Below, piece by piece: positions 9,636-23,416 of a DNA stretch of 64,000 bases. Made by a program: the position numbers and the translations under genes. The notes beneath the pieces were generated by a model that saw only the letters and a program-made list of their open reading frames with translations, was not told where the DNA came from and did no database searches. This stretch comes from an uncultured Gemmatimonadales bacterium (GTDB lineage: Bacteria; Gemmatimonadota; Gemmatimonadetes; Longimicrobiales; Gaopeijiaceae). Each line of letters starts with the position of its first letter. The first letter of the stretch is position 1. The stretch lies in contig CAWGKG010000016.1 of the NCBI GenBank assembly GCA_963823035.1, positions 39,765 to 103,764 on the forward strand, given 5' to 3'.

Positions 9636-11857
9636 TCCGCTCCACCTGGACCGTCGCCCGCCGCGAGCTGCGCGGCTACTTCGACCATCCGACGGCGTAC
9701 GTGCTGGCCGTGGCGTTCCTGGCCGTGTCGCTCTTCCTGGCGTTCCGGAGCATGTACGCGCAGGGCGTGGCCTCGCTGCGGCCGATCTTCGACCTGCTGC
9801 CGATCCTCTTCGCCGTGTTCGTGCCGGCGGCCACCATGCGCAGCCTGGCCGAGGAGCGCCGGGGCCACACGCTCGACTGGCTCCTGGCGCAGCCGGTGAA
9901 CGAGATGGAGGTCGTGCTCGGGAAGTTCCTGGGCGACTGGATCTTCGTGCTCGTGGTGCTGGCCGGGACGCTCCCGACCGCCGTGGGCGTGCTCGCCGTG
10001 TCGGACGCCGACCCCGGGATCGTGGTCGCCCAGTACGTGGGCGCCGCCCTCCTCGCCGCGCAGCTCGTCGCGGTGGGGCTGTGGGCGTCCAGCGTGACCC
10101 GCAACCAGATCACCGCGTTCATCACGGCGGCGGCGATCAGCTTCGTGCTCTTCCTCATGGGCCACCCGGTCGTGCAGATCGGGCTGCCGCCCCTGCTGTC
10201 CGGGCTCGTGGCGCGCCTCTCCGTGCTCAGCCACTTCCAGAACGTGGCGCGCGGCGTGGTCGACCTGCGCGACGTGCTCTACTTCGCGTCCACGGCCGCG
10301 CTCTTCCTCGTGCTGGCGGTGGCGGCGGTCAGCCGCGAGCGGCTGAGTCCCGTGGGCGGGGACTACCGGAGGCTCCGCCTGGGCGCGCTGGTGACGGCCG
10401 CGCTCGTCGTCGCGCTGAACCTGCTCGGCAGCCACGTGCGCGGCCGCCTCGACCTGACGCGGGACAACCTGTACACGCTCGCGGACGGCACGCGCTCGCT
10501 CCTGGGCGACCTCGACGACCTGGTGCAGGTGAAGCTGTACGCTTCGAGCCAGCTCCCGCCCGAGATCCAGCTCCAGCTGCGTGACGTGCGCGACCTGCTG
10601 TCGGACATGCAGCGCGCCTCGGACGGGAAGCTCGTCGTGACGGAGGAGAACCCCGACAACGACGACGCCGCGGCGCAGGAGGCCTCTTCGTTCGGGATCT
10701 CGCCGATCGAGTTCAACGTGCTGCGCAACGACGAGTTCCAGGTCAAGCGAGGGTATTACGGCCTCGCGGTCGTCTACGCGGACAAGCACGAGGTGATGCC
10801 CGTCATCCAGAGCACCGCGGACCTGGAGTTCAGGCTCGCCTCGACGATCTCCGGCATGACGTCCACCGAGAAGCGCGGCGTCGCGTTCGTGTCCGACTTC
10901 GGCGCGATGGGGCCGTACGCGATCCCCGGGCTTTCGCAGAGCCTGTCGGACCGCTTCCAGCTCCGCTCGGTGAAGGTGGCGGGCGACTCGGCCCCACCGA
11001 TCGCGCGCGACTCGACGGACGTGCTGGTGGTGGCGGCCCCGCAGCAGCCGCTGGACTCCGCGGCCGTGAGGCGCGTGCGCGACTTCGTGGATGCGGGCGG
11101 CTCCGCGCTGGTGCTGCTCGAGCCGGTGCAGATCGACGGGCAGAGCATGTCCGCCATGCCGATGCGCTCCGGGCTCGAGGGCTTCCTGGGCGAGCACGGC
11201 ATCAAGGTGAACAGCGACGTGGTGTACGACCTCGCGTCCAGCCAGAACGTCTCGCTCGGACGGCGCGGGCTGTTCAACGTGGTCGCGCCCTATCCGCTCT
11301 GGCCGATCGTGGTGCCGTCGCGCTCGCACCCGATCACGCAGGGTCTCAACTCCCTCACGCTGGCGTGGGCGGGTCCGCTCGTGGTGACGGACACCACGCA
11401 CGTGACGCCGATCCTGCAGACCACCGAGTCCGCCGGTGTGCGGCCGGCGGGCGGTTCCATCGCCGCCGACCAGGATTGGGGCAACCAGGCGGACGACGAC
11501 CTCGCCGTGCGCACGGTCGCCGTGGCCGTGGACCCCGGCGCCGACGCCACCACGGGCCGCATGGTCGTGGTGGACGACGGCACCTTCCTGCAGGGTCAGT
11601 TCGTGCAGTCGGATCCGCAGAACGTGGTGTTCGTGGCGAACGCCATCGACTGGCTGGCGCAGGACGAGGCGCTCATCCGTATCCGCTCGAAGGATCGCAC
11701 GCCCCCATCGCTGGCCTTCGAGTCGGACGTGGGGAAGAGCTTGCTGAAGTGGGGGAACCTGGTGGGGATGCCGCTGTTGTTCGTGCTCGCCGGGCTCCTC
11801 TGGGTGGGGGGTCGGCGGCGGCGTGCGGAAGGCCGGTGGAAGGAGGTGGTCGCATGA
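9632..11857 (+). CDS. Fused GldF-like ABC-2 permease and GldG-like (ABC_transp_aux) domain protein
   Basis: ARRELRGYF and TMRSLAEERR permease region, then RLDLTRDNLYTLADGT and NAIDWLAQDEALIRIRSK GldG-type motifs. Confidence 0.85.
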   Translation: MIRSTWTVARRELRGYFDHPTAYVLAVAFLAVSLFLAFRSMYAQGVASLRPIFDLLPILFAVFVPAATMRSLAEERRGHTLDWLLAQPVNEMEVVLGKFLGDWIFVLVVLAGTLPTAVGVLAVSDADPGIVVAQYVGAALLAAQLVAVGLWASSVTRNQITAFITAAAISFVLFLMGHPVVQIGLPPLLSGLVARLSVLSHFQNVARGVVDLRDVLYFASTAALFLVLAVAAVSRERLSPVGGDYRRLRLGALVTAALVVALNLLGSHVRGRLDLTRDNLYTLADGTRSLLGDLDDLVQVKLYASSQLPPEIQLQLRDVRDLLSDMQRASDGKLVVTEENPDNDDAAAQEASSFGISPIEFNVLRNDEFQVKRGYYGLAVVYADKHEVMPVIQSTADLEFRLASTISGMTSTEKRGVAFVSDFGAMGPYAIPGLSQSLSDRFQLRSVKVAGDSAPPIARDSTDVLVVAAPQQPLDSAAVRRVRDFVDAGGSALVLLEPVQIDGQSMSAMPMRSGLEGFLGEHGIKVNSDVVYDLASSQNVSLGRRGLFNVVAPYPLWPIVVPSRSHPITQGLNSLTLAWAGPLVVTDTTHVTPILQTTESAGVRPAGGSIAADQDWGNQADDDLAVRTVAVAVDPGADATTGRMVVVDDGTFLQGQFVQSDPQNVVFVANAIDWLAQDEALIRIRSKDRTPPSLAFESDVGKSLLKWGNLVGMPLLFVLAGLLWVGGRRRRAEGRWKEVVA

Positions 11858-12765
11858 GTGCGGCGACGCTGAGGAAGCTGGTGCTGGCGCTGGTGGTGGT
11901 GCTGCTGTTGTGGGGCGGCGTCTCCGTGCTGTCCGGAAAGGGCGGGGGGAAGGCGCCGACCGGGGCGATCGCGGGCGTTCTCGACGGCCTCACCGAGAGC
12001 GGTGTCACGGCGGTGCACATGGCGCGCGCCGGGGACACCGTGGCACTGGTGCGCACGGGCGAGGCGTGGCGCGTGAACGGCTACGACGCCGATTCCGCCG
12101 CCGTGGCGGGGCTGTTCGGCACCCTCGGCGACACGCGCATCGGCGACCTCGTGGCGAGCAATCCCGCCAACCACGCGCGCATGGGGGTGAGCGAGGACAG
12201 CGCCTGGACGGTCGTGTTCGACGTCGGGGGCGGGTCGCGCACGCTCCTGGTGGGCGACCGCGGCCCGCGCTACGGCACGGCGTACGTGCGCATGCCGGGC
12301 GAGGACGAGGTCTACCTCGCGGAGGGGGACCTGCGCGCGCGCATGGACCGCTCGGTCACCGAGTGGCGGAGGAAGCGCATGGCCGCGGTGGACACGGGCG
12401 AGGTCGCGCGCGTCGAGGTGGAGCGTGGCGGCGAGCCGTACGCGGTGGTGCGCGCGGACAGCTCGTGGACGCTCGAGGGCGGCGCGAAGGCGGACTCGAG
12501 CACCGTGGACGCGATGCTCACGGCGCTCGCGGACGTGCGGGCCGACGGCTTCGCGGCCGCAGGCGACTCGGTGGCGGCGCTTCCCGAGGAGGTGGCCCTG
12601 CGCGCGCTGTCCGCCTCCGGCGACACGCTCGCCGCGCTCACCTTCGGCGAGGGGAGCGGCACCCGCTGGGCGCGGGCGCGCGGGGACTCCGTCGTCTACA
12701 CGGTGTCCGGCTGGCGCGTCGACCGCATGGCGCCCACGCGGGACAAGGTGGTCTCCGGGGGTTGA
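11854..12765 (+). CDS. DUF4340 domain protein
   Basis: N-terminal TM; two repeated beta-rich units (LLVGDRGP..YVRMPGEDEVY, WRRKRM); usual partner of GldG-like genes; ATGA overlap. Confidence 0.75.
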   Translation: MSAATLRKLVLALVVVLLLWGGVSVLSGKGGGKAPTGAIAGVLDGLTESGVTAVHMARAGDTVALVRTGEAWRVNGYDADSAAVAGLFGTLGDTRIGDLVASNPANHARMGVSEDSAWTVVFDVGGGSRTLLVGDRGPRYGTAYVRMPGEDEVYLAEGDLRARMDRSVTEWRRKRMAAVDTGEVARVEVERGGEPYAVVRADSSWTLEGGAKADSSTVDAMLTALADVRADGFAAAGDSVAALPEEVALRALSASGDTLAALTFGEGSGTRWARARGDSVVYTVSGWRVDRMAPTRDKVVSGG

Positions 12766-12774
12766 GCCGGAGCA

Positions 12775-12817
12775 CCCGGGGAGGCGGGGGCGGCTCGATG
12801 CCGCCCCGCTCCCCGGG
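12775..12817. terminator. GC-rich hairpin between convergent genes
   Basis: CCCGGGGAG-GCGGGGGCGGC / GCCGCCCCGC-TCCCCGGG imperfect inverted repeat; no U tract. Confidence 0.45.
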
Positions 12818-12825
12818 AAGACCCC

Positions 12826-14388
12826 TCAGTCCGTCCCGAAGCGGAGGCCCTGCGCGAGCGGGAGCTCCGTGCTCCAGTTGACCGTGTTGGTCTGGCGGCG
12901 CATGTAGGCCTTCCATGCGTCGGATCCGGACTCGCGGCCGCCGCCCGTCTCCTTCTCGCCGCCGAACGCCCCGCCGATCTCGGCGCCGCTGGTGCCGATG
13001 TTCACGTTCGCGATGCCGCAGTCGGAGCCGCGGTGGGAGAGGAAGGTCTCCGCCTCGCGCACGTTCTCGGTGAAGATCGACGACGAGAGTCCCTGCGGGA
13101 CGCCGTTGTGGATGGCCAGCGCCTCGCCGATCTCGTCCACGGCCTCCGCCGGCGACGCGTTCTCGGCGCCGTACTCGAGGATGTACAGGATCGGCGCGAA
13201 CGTCTCCTCCTGCACGATGTCGTACTCGTTGCGCGCCCCCGCGATGCACGGCGTGACGTACAGCCCGCCCGGCCAGGCGTCGCCCTCGAGGCGGTCCCCT
13301 CCGTAGAGGATGACGCCGCCCTCCTCGACCACGCGCCGCTTCGCCGTGAGCAGGTCCTTCACGGCCTGCTCGTTCACGACCGGCCCCATGAGCGTCTTCT
13401 CGTCCATGGGGTTGCCGATCGGGATCGTCTCGTACGCCGCCACCAGGCGGCGCACCAGCTCGTTGCGGATCGACGCGTGCACGATGATGCGCCGCGTGCT
13501 CGTGCAGCGCTGCCCGGCCGTGCCCACCGCGCCGAACAGGATGGCCGGGAGCACCAGGTCGAGGCGCGCGCTCGGCGTGACGATGATGGCGTTGTTGCCA
13601 CCCAGCTCGAGGATCGTGCGCCCGAGGCGCTCGCCCACGACCTGCGCGACGTGCCTGCCCACGGGGGTGCTGCCCGTCGCGGACACGAGCGGGACGCGGC
13701 CGTCGTGCAGCAGCCGATCGCCGACCGTGGAGCCCTTGCCCACCACGAGCGAGAAGACCGCCGGGTCGACGCCGTTCTCCTCGCACACCGCGGCGGCGAT
13801 CTTCGTGACCGCGATCGCCGTGAGCGGCGTCTTGGAGGCCGGCTTCCACAGCGTCGCGTCGCCGCACACCGCGGCGAGCGCGGCGTTCCAGCTCCACACG
13901 GCGACGGGGAAGTTGAACGCGCTGATCACGCCCACCACGCCGAGCGGATGCCACTGCTCGCGCATGTGGTGGTCCTGGCGCTCCGACTGCATGGTCAGCC
14001 CGTAGAGCTGGCGCGACAGCCCGACGGCGAAGTCGCAGATGTCGATCATCTCCTGCACCTCGCCACGTCCCTCCGCGAGGATCTTGCCCATCTCGAGGGT
14101 GACCAGGGCACCGAGGTCGTCCTTCTTCTCCCGGAGCCGGTTGCCGAGGAGACGGACGATCTCGCCGCGCTTGGGCGCCGGGACCTTCCTCCACGCGAGG
14201 AAGGCGGCTTGGGCGCGGGCGACGATGTCGTCGTACTCCTCCTCGGTCACCTGGCGCACCGTGGCGAGGCGCGCGCCGTCGTTGGGGGAGAGGACTTCGA
14301 GGTCCGGGCCGGATCCCACCCAGTCACCGGCGAATCCGCCGGGATTCACGTCTTCGATGCCGAGGGACCGCAGGATCTGCTCGCTCAT
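12826..14388 (-). CDS. Aldehyde dehydrogenase family 7 (antiquitin / piperideine-6-carboxylate dehydrogenase-like)
   Basis: ISAFNFP, LELGGNN, GTAGQRCTS, EETFAP and GAEIGGAFGGEKETGGGRESGSDAWKAY motifs. Confidence 0.92.
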   Translation of the reverse strand: MSEQILRSLGIEDVNPGGFAGDWVGSGPDLEVLSPNDGARLATVRQVTEEEYDDIVARAQAAFLAWRKVPAPKRGEIVRLLGNRLREKKDDLGALVTLEMGKILAEGRGEVQEMIDICDFAVGLSRQLYGLTMQSERQDHHMREQWHPLGVVGVISAFNFPVAVWSWNAALAAVCGDATLWKPASKTPLTAIAVTKIAAAVCEENGVDPAVFSLVVGKGSTVGDRLLHDGRVPLVSATGSTPVGRHVAQVVGERLGRTILELGGNNAIIVTPSARLDLVLPAILFGAVGTAGQRCTSTRRIIVHASIRNELVRRLVAAYETIPIGNPMDEKTLMGPVVNEQAVKDLLTAKRRVVEEGGVILYGGDRLEGDAWPGGLYVTPCIAGARNEYDIVQEETFAPILYILEYGAENASPAEAVDEIGEALAIHNGVPQGLSSSIFTENVREAETFLSHRGSDCGIANVNIGTSGAEIGGAFGGEKETGGGRESGSDAWKAYMRRQTNTVNWSTELPLAQGLRFGTD

Positions 14389-14608
14389 GCTTCCATTCCG
14401 GGGAATGCGGCGCCGCCGGGGCGCACGCGGTCGCGTCCATTCGGGGTGTCTCGCGGGCCGGGGGCCGGCCAGCCCAGAAGTCTCTCACAGGAATCACCGC
14501 ATTGGAAGGGCATCCGGGACAGCGAACGCGGCGCCCAGGGAACGTCGCAGCTTATTCTCGGTTATACCGACAGGCCGATGCCGCGAGATCCCATGGAAAG
14601 GACCCCAC

Positions 14609-14977
14609 ATGGCGCGAGAATGGCTGGAACGCGACGACCTCTCCGTATTCGTCGTCTCCGGTGCCCCCAAGGGCTTCAATCGACGCCTCAAGTCGTTCCT
14701 GCACAAGGAGTTGGGGGAAGACACCGAGTCCCTGCGCGTGAAAGACGACCTGGCCGAGTGGGTACTCGCCAGGGTCCAGGGCGAATATCGGCGCGACTCG
14801 CAGCGCAGCCCCGCTTCGCGCGCGCTGTGGCGCGCGTTCCGCGCCCTGGCGGCCGCGCGCTACCACCTGCGGGGCGACGAAAAGCGGGAGGCTCAGCTCC
14901 GTAAGCTGCGTGACAAGGTCGAGACGTACTGGATCGAGACGAGCCCGATGCTCAAGAACGGTGACGACGACGACTGA
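14609..14977 (+). CDS. Hypothetical protein (122 aa)
   Basis: RBS GAAAGGA; balanced globular composition; no recognised motif. Confidence 0.6.
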   Translation: MAREWLERDDLSVFVVSGAPKGFNRRLKSFLHKELGEDTESLRVKDDLAEWVLARVQGEYRRDSQRSPASRALWRAFRALAAARYHLRGDEKREAQLRKLRDKVETYWIETSPMLKNGDDDD

Positions 14978-17424
14978 GCCGCGGGCCATCGTCGCGACGA
15001 ACGCCCAACGCGTCGCGAGGACAGGCCACCTGCTTCGCAGCGTGCGCATCCTTCCGGCGCTCGCCTGCGCCGGGTGGGCGGCTTGCGCCCCGGAGCCCAC
15101 GTACGACTCGTGGACGACCCGGCGGCGTGGGTCGATCCGCTGATCGGTACGGCCAACGGTGGAAATACCGTGCCGGGCGCGGTCGTCCCCTTCGGCATGG
15201 TGCAGTGGAGCCCCGAGACCACGCGGGGCGACGCGACCCGCCGTCCCGCTCCCGGCGGCTACCAGTACGACGCCACGCGCGTGCGCGGCTTCAGCCTCAC
15301 GCACCTCTCCGGAACGGGGTGTCGCGGGGCTTCGGGCGACGTGCCCTTCCTCCCCTGGACGGACAGCGTGCCCGCGTCGCCGTCCGCCGACTCCGAGGAC
15401 CGCCGCTACTCCGTGCGCTTCAGCCACGCCAACGAGACGGCGGAGGCCGGCTACTACGGGGTGCGCCTCGCTTCCGGCGTGGCCGTGGAGCTGACCGCCA
15501 CCCCGCGCACCGGCTCGGGCCGCTTCACCTTCCCGCCGGACGGGCCGGCCGCGCTGCTCGTCCGCACCTCCGACTCGGAGGTCGGCTCGAGCGACGCGCA
15601 CGCCGTGGTGGATCCCGGACGCGCACACGGTCAGCGGCCGGGTGTCGAGCGGCAACTTCTGCGGGTACATCGACCCGGTCACGCGCCACAGCTACTACAC
15701 GCTCTACTTCGTCGCCGAGTTCGATCGCCCCTTCTCCGGGACGGGCGCCTGGACCGACGGGACGCTGCTCCCGGGCGCCGTCGAGGCGAGCGGCGGCACC
15801 ACCTACGGTACGGACGGCTACCCGGTGCCCGGGCGGGGCTCGGGGGTGTGGGTCGGCTTCGACACCGGCGACGGTACCGTGGTGAACGTGCGCGTGGGCA
15901 TCTCCTACGTGGGCGTGGCGGAGGCGCGGGCCAACCTGGCGTCGGAGAACCCGGAGGGCACCCCCTTCGAGACGGTGCGCGACCGCAGCCCGTGCGGCGT
16001 GGAACGGCCGGCTGTCGCAGATCCGGGTCGGCGGCGGCACCCCGGCGCGGCTGCGCACCTTCTACACGGCGCTCTATCACGCGCTGCTGCACCCCAACGT
16101 CTTCAGTGACGCCGACGGGCGGTACGCCGGCTTCGACGGCCAGGTGCACACGGTGGCCGACGGGCAGAAGGCGCAGTACGCGAACTTCTCCGGGTGGGAC
16201 GTCTACCGCTCGCAGCTCCAGCTCGTGTCCTTCCTCGACCGGGAGGTAGGCAGCGACATCGCGCAGTCGCTCCTCGCGCAGGCCGAGCAGAACGGCGGGG
16301 TGTGGGACCGTTGGACGCACAACACCGGCGCTACGCACGTGATGGAGGGAGACGCGTCGGCCGCCGCGATCGCGGGGATCCACGCTTTCGGCGCCGAGTC
16401 GTTCGACGTGTCCGGGGCCTTCGCGTCCCTCGCTCGCGCCGCGCGCGTGCCCACGGCGCTCGACTCGAGCGACGTGGGGTGTCGGGTCATGTGTCCCGGC
16501 CAGCGGCCGTCGCTGGATGCGTGGCTCACGCTGCACTACATCCCGGCGGAGGGTAACGCGTGGGGCGGAGCGGGGGAGACGCTCGAAGACGCGATCGCCG
16601 ACTTCGGGTTGGCACAGATGGCCGCCCGCCTGGGCGACGCCGGCGCGCACCGGGAGTTCCTGGAGCGCTCCGGCTACTGGCGGAACCTCTACAACCCGGA
16701 CGCGACCCCCGGGCGCGGCTACGTTCAGGACCGGAACGCGGACGGAAGCTGGACGGAATTCGACCCCGCGTCGAGCCGCGGCTTCGCGGAGGGCTCGAGC
16801 GCGCAGTACACGTGGATGGTGCCCTTCGACGCGCGCGGCCTCTTCGATGCGATGGGTGGCGACTCGGTCGCGGTCGCCCGGCTGGACGACTTCTTCCACA
16901 CGCCGGACGGCGGCTGGGCGTTGACGGGGCTGGGCGGCATGCACGCGGAGATGGACAACGAGCCGTCCGTGGGCGCGCCCTTCCTCTACCTCTTCGCCGG
17001 CCGCCCGGATCGCGCGCAGGAGATCATGCGCCGGGTGCTCGACGCGCTCTGGAGCGACCGTCCCCACGGCATTCCCGGCAACGACGACCTCGGGCAGATG
17101 TCGTCGTGGTACGTGTGGACGTCGATGGGGCTCTACCCGGCGATCCCCGGCCGGGCCGAGCTCGTGCTCGGCACCCCGCTCTTCCCTGCGATCGAGGTCC
17201 GACGGCGCGCCGGGCCGGTGATCCGTGTCGAGGCGCCGGGCGCCGACAGCCTGGTCTACGTGCGCGCCCTGAGCGTGGACGGCCAGCCGACCACCCGAAG
17301 CTGGCTCCCCGAGTCGTTCGTCGCCGCGGGGGGGCAGCTCCGCTTCACGCTCTCCGCGGTGCCCGACACCCTCTGGGGGCGCGGCGCCGACGACGTGCCC
17401 CCGTCGTTCGGACCGGGAGGGTAG
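14961..17424 (+). CDS. GH92 alpha-1,2-mannosidase (several frameshifts; start uncertain, 14961 or 15042)
   Basis: VDPLIGT, GNTVPGAVVPFGMVQWSP, GFSLTHLSGTGC, FSGWDVYRS, EGSSAQYTW, NEPS and PGNDDLGQMSSWYV motifs. Confidence 0.92.
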
Positions 17425-17451
17425 GGACGACCCGGCCAGGTCGCGCCGGAG

Positions 17452-21015
<3,564 letters not shown>

Positions 21016-21057
21016 TTCGGACGCGCGAATGGGGGTGTGGGCGCCGGCGGACGGACC

Positions 21058-21087
21058 ATTGTAGCGGCGCGCGCGCCGCGCGAACAA
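21058..21087 (-). promoter_or_regulatory. Putative sigma70 promoter of dnaE
   Basis: Minus strand TTGTTC-N18-TACAAT. Confidence 0.45.
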
Positions 21088-21281
21088 TCGCGTGCGGACG
21101 ACACCCCGGAGGGAGGCGGATTCCCGGGCTGGAGCGTCGCCGGCGGACGCCTTGCGCGCCCGCGTGGCACGTGAGGCTGGCACCGCCGGGCCGCCCCATG
21201 GTAGACTGGCCGGACCGGCGCACCGAGGCGCCGTGGAACAGCGTTCGATTGGCGAAGACGACGACGAGGAGGAGCGGTCCG

Positions 21282-22403
21282 ATGCCCGAGAAGACGCAGG
21301 GGATCCAGGGGGGAGCGGGCGACGTCCTGCTCATGGTGGGGACGATGAAGGGCGCGTTCCTCTTCCGCTCGAGCGGCGATGGTGCCTGGGACGTCGACGG
21401 CCCGCACTTCCCCGGCGAGGAGGTCTACGCCATGGCGCTCGACGGGCGCGGCGGGGGGCGGACGCTGTGGGCCGCTCCGGGCAACCCCTTCTTCGGGACG
21501 ACGCTGCGCCGCTCGGACGACCTGGGCGCGAGCTGGTCGGGGAAGGACGAGCGGCCCGTGAAGTTCCCGGAGGGCAGCGAGCTCGCCCTCAAGCGCATCT
21601 GGCAGATCCGGCCCGGTCGGGACGACCAGCCGGGGAAGATGTACCTGGGCGTGGAGCCCTCCTGCCTCTTCGAGAGCGCGGACGGCGGCGACAGCTGGGC
21701 GCCCGTGGAGGGCTTCATGAACCACGAGCACCGGCAGTACTGGCAGCCGGGCGCCGGCGGGCTGTGCCTGCACACGATCCTCCCGGACCCGCAGGGCGGC
21801 GACCGCATCCTGGTGGCGTTCTCGACCGGGGGCGTGTACCGGAGCGACGACGGCGGCACCACGTGGCGGCCCCGCAACGTGGGTGTGCGCGCCGAGTACC
21901 TTCCGGACAAGCACCCCGAGTTCGGGCAGTGCGTGCACAAGGTCGTGCAACATCCCGTGCGCCCGGAGCGGCTCTTCCTGCAGAACCACTGGGGGCTGTA
22001 CCGGAGCGACGACTGGGGCGATCAGTGGACGGACGTGGCGAACGGCGTGCCCTCGGACTTCGGCTTCGCGATGGCGATGCACCCGCACGACCCCGACACC
22101 GTCTACATCGTCCCGCTCGAGTCGGACCAGTTCCGCTGCACCCCGGATGCGAAGCTGAGGGTCTACCGGACCCGTGACGCCGGGGCCTCGTGGGAGGCGC
22201 TCACCGAGGGCCTGCCGCAGGAGGGCGCCTACGAGACCGTCCTGCGCGATGCGATGGACACCGCGCCGACGAAGGCGGGTGACGTGTACTTCGGGACCCG
22301 CAGCGGGAAGGTCTACGCCTCGGGCGACGCCGGGGACTCGTGGTCGCTCGTCTCGCAGGGCCTTCCTCCGGTCGTGTGCGTGAAGTCGGCGGTGCTGTCG
22401 TGA
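21282..22403 (+). CDS. BNR/Asp-box beta-propeller protein (sialidase-like fold), no signal peptide
   Basis: Repeated Asp boxes SDDLGASW, SADGGDSW, SDDGGTTW, SDDWGDQW, TRDAGASW, SGDAGDSW; RBS GAGGAGGAG. Confidence 0.9.
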   Translation: MPEKTQGIQGGAGDVLLMVGTMKGAFLFRSSGDGAWDVDGPHFPGEEVYAMALDGRGGGRTLWAAPGNPFFGTTLRRSDDLGASWSGKDERPVKFPEGSELALKRIWQIRPGRDDQPGKMYLGVEPSCLFESADGGDSWAPVEGFMNHEHRQYWQPGAGGLCLHTILPDPQGGDRILVAFSTGGVYRSDDGGTTWRPRNVGVRAEYLPDKHPEFGQCVHKVVQHPVRPERLFLQNHWGLYRSDDWGDQWTDVANGVPSDFGFAMAMHPHDPDTVYIVPLESDQFRCTPDAKLRVYRTRDAGASWEALTEGLPQEGAYETVLRDAMDTAPTKAGDVYFGTRSGKVYASGDAGDSWSLVSQGLPPVVCVKSAVLS

Positions 22404-22681
22404 GCGTTCGCATCGTGCTCCCCGCGCAGCTGCGCGAGCTGGCCGGCGGGCGCGCGACCGTGCCGCTGGACGGGAGCCCCGGCACGGTGGAGGAGGCGTT
22501 CGAGGCGCTGCGCGCCACCCTGCCGGGCGTCTACGACCGGGTGGTCACGGAACGGCGCGAACTGCGACAGCACATCAACGTGTTCGTCGGCCACGAGGAC
22601 ATCCGCTGGACCGGGGGGCTCGGCACGCCCCTCGTCGAGGGAAGCGAGGTCGTGATCCTTCCGGCGGTCAGTGGAGGCTGA
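22400..22681 (+). CDS. MoaD/ThiS-family ubiquitin-like protein
   Basis: Beta-grasp pattern (IVLPAQLRELAGG...HINVFV) with C-terminal ILPAVSGG; GTGA overlap with the upstream gene. Confidence 0.92.
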   Translation: MSVRIVLPAQLRELAGGRATVPLDGSPGTVEEAFEALRATLPGVYDRVVTERRELRQHINVFVGHEDIRWTGGLGTPLVEGSEVVILPAVSGG

Positions 22682-22683
22682 GG

Positions 22684-23406
22684 ATGCCCGAGGGATACGC
22701 GCCGCGGGCCCCCGGCTGGCCGTCGTTCGCCCTCCCGTCGATCGCAGTCGTCGTCGCGGCCGCGATCCTGGGGTTCGCCTTCGTGAAGGGGCGGCGCCCC
22801 GCCGGTACCGTGAGCGTGGTCGGCGCGGCCACGGTGCCGTTCACCTCGGATGTGGTGAAGTGGCGCGTCACGCTCCTCCGCCAGGTGGCGATCGGCGAGG
22901 AGGTGCCGGGCTACGCTCGCCTCGCGGAGGACCGGACCCGGTTCCTGGCGCGGCTCGCGGAGGGCGGCGTTCCCGCCGAGGACGCCTCCGTGCAGCCCGT
23001 CACGACCGGCGGGGTCTGGGACCGCGACGGCCGCCAGACCGGCGTTCAGCTACGCCAGAGCCTGCTGGTGGTGAGCCGGGACGTGGACGCGGTCGAGCGC
23101 CTGGCGCTGGACCCCGGCGACCTGATCCGCGACGGCCTCGGGCTGGAGAACTCCAACCTGGAGTTCTTCTTCGACGGAATCGCCGACCTCAAGCGCTCGC
23201 TGCTCCGGCAGGCCCGCGAGGACGCCCAGGCCCGCGCGGAGGAGATCGCGGGAGACGCGCTCGGCGACGTGGTGTCGGCGCAGGCGGGGGTGTTCCAGAT
23301 CCGCGAGCCCTACTCCACGGAGGTGCAGGGCTACGGCGTGTACAGCACGTCCACGCGAGCGAAGGAGATGACGGTCACCGTGCACGCGACCTTCGCCCTG
23401 CGGTAG
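22684..23406 (+). CDS. SIMPL (DUF541) domain protein
   Basis: N-terminal TM; TVSVVGAA, AREDAQARAEEIA and GVFQI motifs. Confidence 0.8.
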   Translation: MPEGYAPRAPGWPSFALPSIAVVVAAAILGFAFVKGRRPAGTVSVVGAATVPFTSDVVKWRVTLLRQVAIGEEVPGYARLAEDRTRFLARLAEGGVPAEDASVQPVTTGGVWDRDGRQTGVQLRQSLLVVSRDVDAVERLALDPGDLIRDGLGLENSNLEFFFDGIADLKRSLLRQAREDAQARAEEIAGDALGDVVSAQAGVFQIREPYSTEVQGYGVYSTSTRAKEMTVTVHATFALR

Positions 23407-23416
23407 CGGACAGTGA

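Noticed and set aside
8597..11857. 1086-aa ORF as a single giant protein
   Set aside because: It joins the first codons of the ATPase, an out-of-frame stretch and the separate permease gene starting at 9632, owing to an indel near 8710.
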